Shown here: positions 52,413-57,472 of the stretch, one piece after another
Position numbering within the stretch: the stretch's first letter is position 1
How the letters are laid out: each line of letters starts with the position of its first letter
Virus record (IMG/VR): IMGVR_UViG_3300044648_000205
Location: 1-57,472 of that record
Length of the DNA: 57,472 nt
Reading direction: 5' to 3' (one strand)
DNA from: a virus
Lineage: Duplodnaviria > Caudoviricetes
Notes under the pieces: model-generated
What the model was told of the DNA's origin: nothing
The model's input: the letters and a program-made list of their open reading frames with translations, nothing else
Databases searched by the model: none
Position numbers and translations under genes: made by a program

Positions 52413-52772
52413 ATGCTGCTCACCAACACGCCCCTCGTGCACGACGGCTACCACGGCCAGGACTGCACGCACCTCTCGGTCACCGAGATCGAGCTGTGCC
52501 AGGAGTACCAGGACGCCGAGTGGATCGCGCAAATCCAGGCCGAGCAAGCGGCCGAGATGGGCTACGAGCGCCACCTGGAGAACGCCGGCTACTGGGATGC
52601 CCGCGAGCAGGAGGACGTGGAAGCCAGCCGAGGCGTCACCCAGTTCGAGGACGCCTACGCCCACGCCTTGGGTTACGCGGACGCCGAGGCTCGAGAAGAG
52701 GCAGAGGTCATCAACGCCCAGCACCGGGTCGAGATGGACGCCCAGTACCGCTACGCCGAGCGCAACCACTGA
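52413..52772 (+). CDS. Acidic hypothetical protein, single-gene cassette
   Basis: Own promoter and GAGGAG RBS. Confidence 0.8.
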   Translation: MLLTNTPLVHDGYHGQDCTHLSVTEIELCQEYQDAEWIAQIQAEQAAEMGYERHLENAGYWDAREQEDVEASRGVTQFEDAYAHALGYADAEAREEAEVINAQHRVEMDAQYRYAERNH

Positions 52773-52790
52773 GACCCTGTACCCCCCGAG

Positions 52791-52820
52791 TTGACAGCAC
52801 GTCAGCCTGGGGGGTACAGT
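52791..52820 (+). promoter_or_regulatory. Cassette promoter
   Basis: TTGACA-N18-TACAGT. Confidence 0.85.
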
Positions 52821-52861
52821 AGTTTTCAGACCAGGAACAACCCACCAGGGAAGGACCCGAA

Positions 52862-53194
52862 ATGACCGAGTTCACTTTCACGGCCGACGAGCAGCGCGCC
52901 ATCCTCAATGAGGCGATGGCAATCGACGGTCAGCTGATCGCCATCCAGCAACACATGGCCACCACCGGCACCGTAATCCCCATGCGCACGCTCGGTTTCT
53001 GGGAGCACATGCGCCTCGATCAGCGCGACCTCGTCCTGGAGGAGCTGGCCGCAGCGCGGAAGGTCGCCACCACCTGGGACATCGAGCGCATGTATGACAT
53101 CTGCGAGCACGGCCAGGATGCCGAGCGACACGGGTGCGGCGGCTACGAGGGTCCGGTCACCTGCGGGCCGGACGCGCCTCGCGTGGGCGAGTAG
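52862..53194 (+). CDS. Hypothetical protein, single-gene cassette
   Basis: GAAGGACCC RBS; CEHG...CGG. Confidence 0.8.
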   Translation: MTEFTFTADEQRAILNEAMAIDGQLIAIQQHMATTGTVIPMRTLGFWEHMRLDQRDLVLEELAAARKVATTWDIERMYDICEHGQDAERHGCGGYEGPVTCGPDAPRVGE

Positions 53195-53205
53195 GCGCCA
53201 GCAGA

Positions 53206-53244
53206 GAACGACCCCCCTCGCAGCCCTAGCGAGGGGGGTCGTTC
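53206..53244. terminator. Bidirectional terminator between convergent arms
   Basis: GAACGACCCCCCTCGC...GCGAGGGGGGTCGTTC. Confidence 0.75.
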
Positions 53245-53272
53245 GAGGTACACCCGATACCCGAAGCCGATC

Positions 53273-53602
53273 CTACCTGGCTTCCGGCTGGCGGGGAATC
53301 GTCGGCGTCGTCGTGCTCGATACCACGGAGCCCTCCACGTAGGTGGGCGTCTTGTTCGAGCCCAGCACGAACGCGGTCAGCCACGCCGGCAGCCGGGGCT
53401 CCAGCCACCGGAACAGCGTGTACCAGGCGGCCACCACGGCACCGGTGACGGCCATCGTGACGGCCGGGTTGACGAGCGCCTGGTGCAGCTCGGGCACGCG
53501 CGACAGCAGGAACGCCACCACGGCGCCCCAGGCGACCGGCACGACGGTGCGAATCCAGCTCACGCCCCAGTCGCGCACGGGGGACGGGTTGGTGTGGGTC
53601 AT
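53273..53602 (-). CDS. Putative holin
   Basis: SWIRTVVPVAWG..., two TMs, last gene of the late operon. Confidence 0.6.
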   Translation of the reverse strand: MTHTNPSPVRDWGVSWIRTVVPVAWGAVVAFLLSRVPELHQALVNPAVTMAVTGAVVAAWYTLFRWLEPRLPAWLTAFVLGSNKTPTYVEGSVVSSTTTPTIPRQPEAR

Positions 53603-54438
53603 TCGGGTTCCTCTCCTTCGGTGGGTGCTGGCGTCGGCTCGACGCAAGCCCAGATGTTACGGGTACTGGACCCCGGCAGGGTCGGGTCATCGTCGATCAC
53701 CACGTTCTCGAGCTTCACCCACTGGCCGCCGTCCCGGACACAGATCAAGTCTGGGTTGTCGCGCAGCTCAACGAACACGGCTTCCCTGATCGCAGCCGGA
53801 TCGGGTGGCGGACCCTGCGGGCCAGGCTCGCCGGTGGGTCCAGTGGCGCCGGCAACACCCTCGGGGCCACGCTCGCCGGTGGGACCAGGCGGCGGTGGGT
53901 TGGCCCGCAGGTGGGCGGCGACCGCCTGCACGATCTGGTCAACGCTCGGGCCAGGGGCCGGATTGGACACCATGTACGTAGCGACTGCCAGGCCCAGTTC
54001 CTGGTCGGTGGGCGCCCGCACGTGCTCGGGCAGCGCGGCGAGCGTGCCAGCCACGGCCGCCGGGATGAACGTGTCCAGGTCGTCGCCCCGGCCATCCGGC
54101 TCGGGCACCGGAACTACGGGCTGTCCGCGCCGCTTCAGCTCCTCGTTGGCGGCCACGGCCGCCTCGTAGGCGGCGTCCGCGCGCTCTCGATTCTCGAGCT
54201 GCTGACTGGCGATCGTGTCGGCCACGGCGGCCTGCTTGGCACCCTGGATGGCGCCCGGCACGGCCACGGCGATCGAGACGGCGGAGGAGATCAGGGCGGC
54301 CACGGTGGCGGCGAGCCACACTGTGGAGCGGTTGGCCTTCTTGTCCAGGTCGCGGCCGACCACCTTGGCGGCGACCGTCCCCGCCTCGAGCGTGCGCGCG
54401 ATGTCCGATCGCTGGATGTCAGGCCGCTCCTCACTCAT
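53599..54438 (-). CDS. Membrane-anchored collagen-like repeat protein
   Basis: TM, coiled coil, GPTGERGPEGVAGATGPTGEPGPQGPP. Confidence 0.75.
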   Translation of the reverse strand: MSEERPDIQRSDIARTLEAGTVAAKVVGRDLDKKANRSTVWLAATVAALISSAVSIAVAVPGAIQGAKQAAVADTIASQQLENRERADAAYEAAVAANEELKRRGQPVVPVPEPDGRGDDLDTFIPAAVAGTLAALPEHVRAPTDQELGLAVATYMVSNPAPGPSVDQIVQAVAAHLRANPPPPGPTGERGPEGVAGATGPTGEPGPQGPPPDPAAIREAVFVELRDNPDLICVRDGGQWVKLENVVIDDDPTLPGSSTRNIWACVEPTPAPTEGEEPE

Positions 54439-54844
54439 GGTGACCCCTTCGGAACGCCTGCTCGCTGAGCGCTTCGGCGCGCGCCTCGCATCGGGCGAGC
54501 GCCGCAGTCCTCTCGGCAATCTGCGCCTGCAGTCGCACCACCTCGCGCAGCTGCTCTTCCAGGCGTGTCCGCAACTCTGCCGCCTCCTTTCGGGCTTCCT
54601 CGCTCTCTGCCGCTTCACGGTCTGCCACGCGGGCCAGGTGGTCGAGGGCCGCCTGCATGACCAACACTGTGGGGTTGTCAGACCCCGAGGGTAGTGTGGC
54701 CTGTTCGGTCTCGTCCTGGGTGGCGGACTTGCGTCGCGCTCCCAGGTAGGCCAGGAAGGCGACACCGAGCGTGGCCGCCACCACGAGGACCATGACCACG
54801 ATCACTACCCACGCGGGCTGTCCGGTGATATCCGGTACAGGCAC
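54431..54844 (-). CDS. Membrane protein with coiled coil (possible lysis accessory)
   Basis: GTG after GGAGGAGG; single TM. Confidence 0.7.
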   Translation of the reverse strand: MPVPDITGQPAWVVIVVMVLVVAATLGVAFLAYLGARRKSATQDETEQATLPSGSDNPTVLVMQAALDHLARVADREAAESEEARKEAAELRTRLEEQLREVVRLQAQIAERTAALARCEARAEALSEQAFRRGHHE

Positions 54845-54928
54845 CCTGAAGCCTCCTCCCTGGCTGCGTTTTTCCACTGCATTCCGGGAGTTTCGCACGT
54901 CCATAGGCCGCCGAGTTGCGGCCAGTGC

Positions 54929-55708
54929 TCAGCTGTAGCAGCGCAGGCTGATGATCACAGAACGCGCCTTGCCGACGCCGTTGTTCACCTGGGCTTCCCA
55001 GTAGATGGGCACCGTCAGGCCGCGCGCTTCGGACACGTCGACTTCCCCGTCTACCACCCCGTTGGCGTTCACGCCGAGGTTGTGTACGGGGCTCGTCACA
55101 TCCGCGCCACCGGCTCCCGCACCCTCCACCCGAAGGCGGAAGCTACCGGTCGCGCCACCAGTGGTGGCGTCCCACACCCGGTACGCCACCTTGTTTCCAA
55201 CGATGCTCACGCGTCCCTCGTGAATGGAAGAGAACGCCGCACCCGTATTGCCAGGCCACAAAGAGAGATCCGAATCCCGACCGTACATCGGGATTCCCTC
55301 CTGCGGGAACGACCAGCCACCATCTCGGGATTCCGTGAAAAGTTGTTCGCCGTCCCCGCTGGAAATCTGTAGACGTTGCTTCAGTCCATCCCCGCTCTGG
55401 GCGCTGGGATCGTACAGGCTGATGGCCGAGCGACCCCCACGGGAATCGTCACGCACCAGGCTAAATCCTCGCTGCGGCGGAGAGCCTGGGAGATTCGCAT
55501 CGGCAGGCTGGAATTCGCCGATCCACAGGAAGTTGATATTACTTCCGCCGTCGTCGAGGTAGTTTCCAACCCACCTCATGAGCCCCTGGTCAACAGTGGC
55601 ATTGTGCAAAGGGTTGTTCCTCAGCATCGCGTCTACCACGCGCTGCGTATACGAGACCGTGTCAATTACCGAAGGGCTTTTTGGGGTGTAGTAACTGGGG
55701 CTAGTCAC
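54929..55708 (-). CDS. Minor tail protein
   Basis: 259 aa Gly/Ser-rich, last tail gene. Confidence 0.7.
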   Translation of the reverse strand: MTSPSYYTPKSPSVIDTVSYTQRVVDAMLRNNPLHNATVDQGLMRWVGNYLDDGGSNINFLWIGEFQPADANLPGSPPQRGFSLVRDDSRGGRSAISLYDPSAQSGDGLKQRLQISSGDGEQLFTESRDGGWSFPQEGIPMYGRDSDLSLWPGNTGAAFSSIHEGRVSIVGNKVAYRVWDATTGGATGSFRLRVEGAGAGGADVTSPVHNLGVNANGVVDGEVDVSEARGLTVPIYWEAQVNNGVGKARSVIISLRCYS

Positions 55709-57018
55709 GACAGCGCCCCCGCTCCAAGTACGATTTGAATGTGTTCGGACTGCTCACCCTGGGGTGGAGTGACTACCCAGCCGAATGCGCGCAACAAGAT
55801 CTCCACATATCCGGAATCCCCGTACAGATCGGTGCGCCACGTCGCGTCGTTGGTTTCCAGGATGAACTGATCCCCGAGAGAGTAGGTGCCGAAGTAGGGG
55901 GGCATGTCTCCGCGAATGGTGAGCGACGGGATAAACTGCTCAGATCCCAGCTTCTCCCACATAGCCTTACGCGCGTAGTCGGTGAGCGTAGACACCAGGC
56001 TTACGTCGGGGTCGGAGAACTTGGCTTCGGTCTGCAGGAAGCCGTATTCCCATTCCTCCTGGCCGAGCTGGTCCACGTTGGTGACGAGCGCCTTCACCTG
56101 CAGCTGGTCGTACCCCTTGCCTCGCGCCCACATGATGTTGGGGACTTCCGAGCCGTCGTGGTTCATGCTGAACGACAGAACGTTGCCCGATCCGTAGGTG
56201 TCGAAGCGCATCCGCTTCGGGGGATCGATACCGCCAACCCCCTGCCCAAGGTAGGGGAAGCCCATCTGGTATTCGAGGCGGAACGTGCTGGCCGACTCGG
56301 CATCATCACCTACGAGGACACGCGGGCGGGTGGTCCACTCATAGGAGTTGGTGGCCAGCTGTGATCGATTCTGGTGCGCCTCGAGGAGGTTCGTCTCCTG
56401 GCCTTCGGCGTAGGAGAACGTGCGGGCCACGCCGGTGACGAGCACCGGCGGGTCGACATTGATCCAGCCCGTCCACATTCCGGACCCGAGAGGGATCTGT
56501 GAGAACTGGTTGGGGTCGAGGAGGTCGGCGGCGATCAGGGTCTGGTCCTGGCCGCTCCAGCTCATGGCCTTGGTAATGAGTCGGCGAGCCCAGAGGCCCT
56601 CCACGGTGGTGCCGTAGATGCTCATGCGACCGGTGTGCGGGTCACGCGGGGCGGCCCAGATGACGTAGTGCTGCACCGGCTCGGACTCCCACGAGGAGGA
56701 GGCGTTGTTGAATACCGAGCGCACGACGACGATGCCGGACTTACGCGGCATGATCTTGTCCCAGGGGTAGATCGCGCGTACCTCATCCTCGGTGAGCTGC
56801 AGACTGGCCCGGAATTCACCCACTCCCCGGATGGCCTGTGAGAACTGCACGCCAGATAGCGGGAGGGAGACGTTGGAGATCACCGTGGGGTCGCCGAACT
56901 GGTAGGCGACCGGCCAGTACGTGTAGCGCACCTCCTGTTCGAGCAGGGTGGCCGGGTCGTCCGGCGGCGGGTACGGGAGGTCAAGTTCGGCGAGCGCGCC
57001 GATCAGGGGACCGGTCAC
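55705..57018 (-). CDS. Minor tail / baseplate hub-like protein
   Basis: 437 aa; LPLSGVQFSQ...P.FGTYSLGD. Confidence 0.75.
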   Translation of the reverse strand: MTGPLIGALAELDLPYPPPDDPATLLEQEVRYTYWPVAYQFGDPTVISNVSLPLSGVQFSQAIRGVGEFRASLQLTEDEVRAIYPWDKIMPRKSGIVVVRSVFNNASSSWESEPVQHYVIWAAPRDPHTGRMSIYGTTVEGLWARRLITKAMSWSGQDQTLIAADLLDPNQFSQIPLGSGMWTGWINVDPPVLVTGVARTFSYAEGQETNLLEAHQNRSQLATNSYEWTTRPRVLVGDDAESASTFRLEYQMGFPYLGQGVGGIDPPKRMRFDTYGSGNVLSFSMNHDGSEVPNIMWARGKGYDQLQVKALVTNVDQLGQEEWEYGFLQTEAKFSDPDVSLVSTLTDYARKAMWEKLGSEQFIPSLTIRGDMPPYFGTYSLGDQFILETNDATWRTDLYGDSGYVEILLRAFGWVVTPPQGEQSEHIQIVLGAGALS

Positions 57019-57472
57019 GGTGCGATCCAGTGAGCCGACATGGACGACTGAAGTTCGCCGGTGACCAGAGTGGACAGCGCTCCGCCTGAATTCTGGTAGG
57101 TCTCCAGCGTGATGACGTTGCCGACCACGAGGCGAATCACGAGCGGGCGGGCGGCCAGCGACGAGCCGATGCCGGTTCCAAGTGTGGCCATCGAGGTAGC
57201 CGTGCCGGCGATGGCCACGCCACCGAGCGCCCAGCGGGCGATGCGCTGACCGGTAGCGTGCAAGCCGTGCGTAACGCCACCACCGAACAGGTAGACGCCG
57301 TCACGCTGACACGTATATCCGGCGGCCGAGCCAGCATGTCCCGCAAAGTTGTCGAGGTCTTCGCTACCGAAGGTGAGGGCCGTAAAGGCGGCGTTCGGGA
57401 TGGACTGGGCGACGGTCTGCCGCATGTGCAGGTAAGGCGGGTTGGGGGCGCTCCACCAGTTGGTGCCATTCC
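57015..57472 (-). CDS. Minor tail / receptor-binding protein, 3' part (C1q/TNF-like beta domain)
   Basis: QSIPNAAFTALTF..EDLD...YTCQRDGVYLF...L..GNVITLETYQNSG; continuation of 1..840. Confidence 0.8.
   Translation of the reverse strand, partial: NGTNWWSAPNPPYLHMRQTVAQSIPNAAFTALTFGSEDLDNFAGHAGSAAGYTCQRDGVYLFGGGVTHGLHATGQRIARWALGGVAIAGTATSMATLGTGIGSSLAARPLVIRLVVGNVITLETYQNSGGALSTLVTGELQSSMSAHWIAP
57255..57472 (+). repeat. Terminal direct repeat, copy 2
   Basis: Matches 1-218 with one mismatch. Confidence 0.95.

Noticed and set aside
57255..57472. Terminal repeat as a DGR template/variable pair or a true physical DTR
   Set aside because: No reverse transcriptase; a single synonymous difference; the repeat cuts through a gene, as expected for an assembly overlap

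Overview
The window is an apparently complete, circularly assembled, high-GC actinobacteriophage (siphovirus) genome. Bases 1-218 recur at 57255-57472 with one synonymous mismatch, giving a unit length of about 57,254 bp. The minus strand carries the virion genes: terminase, portal-MuF fusion, maturation protease with an embedded 2H phosphoesterase, separate large and small capsid proteins (hexamer/pentamer type, as in cluster B mycobacteriophages), major tail, LamG-fused head-tail adaptor, tail chaperones, tape measure and minor tails. It also carries an amidase lysin, RusA, a Rep initiator and a DnaC-like loader. A plus-strand arm (45011-53194) encodes an ERF recombinase, SSB and an Acb2/Tad1-like protein. 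No integrase, recognisable repressor or DNA polymerase was seen. An 18 kb accessory block separates terminase from portal and is built from small genes behind a repeated TTGACA-N17/18-TACAGT promoter/leader cassette. The most unusual feature is a 2 kb, nearly protein-free minus-strand RNA operon (about 28290-30272) with a palindromic promoter and a boxA-like leader. It contains a roughly 1 kb multiply pseudoknotted candidate ncRNA, a tRNA-Glu(CTC), a tRNA-like element with a 4-nt anticodon loop, a circularly permuted tRNA mimic whose acceptor stem is closed by an ACCA loop, and further structured RNA. Paralogous small basic dsRBD-like and zinc-finger proteins flank it. All family assignments come from motif recognition by eye; no database search was run.
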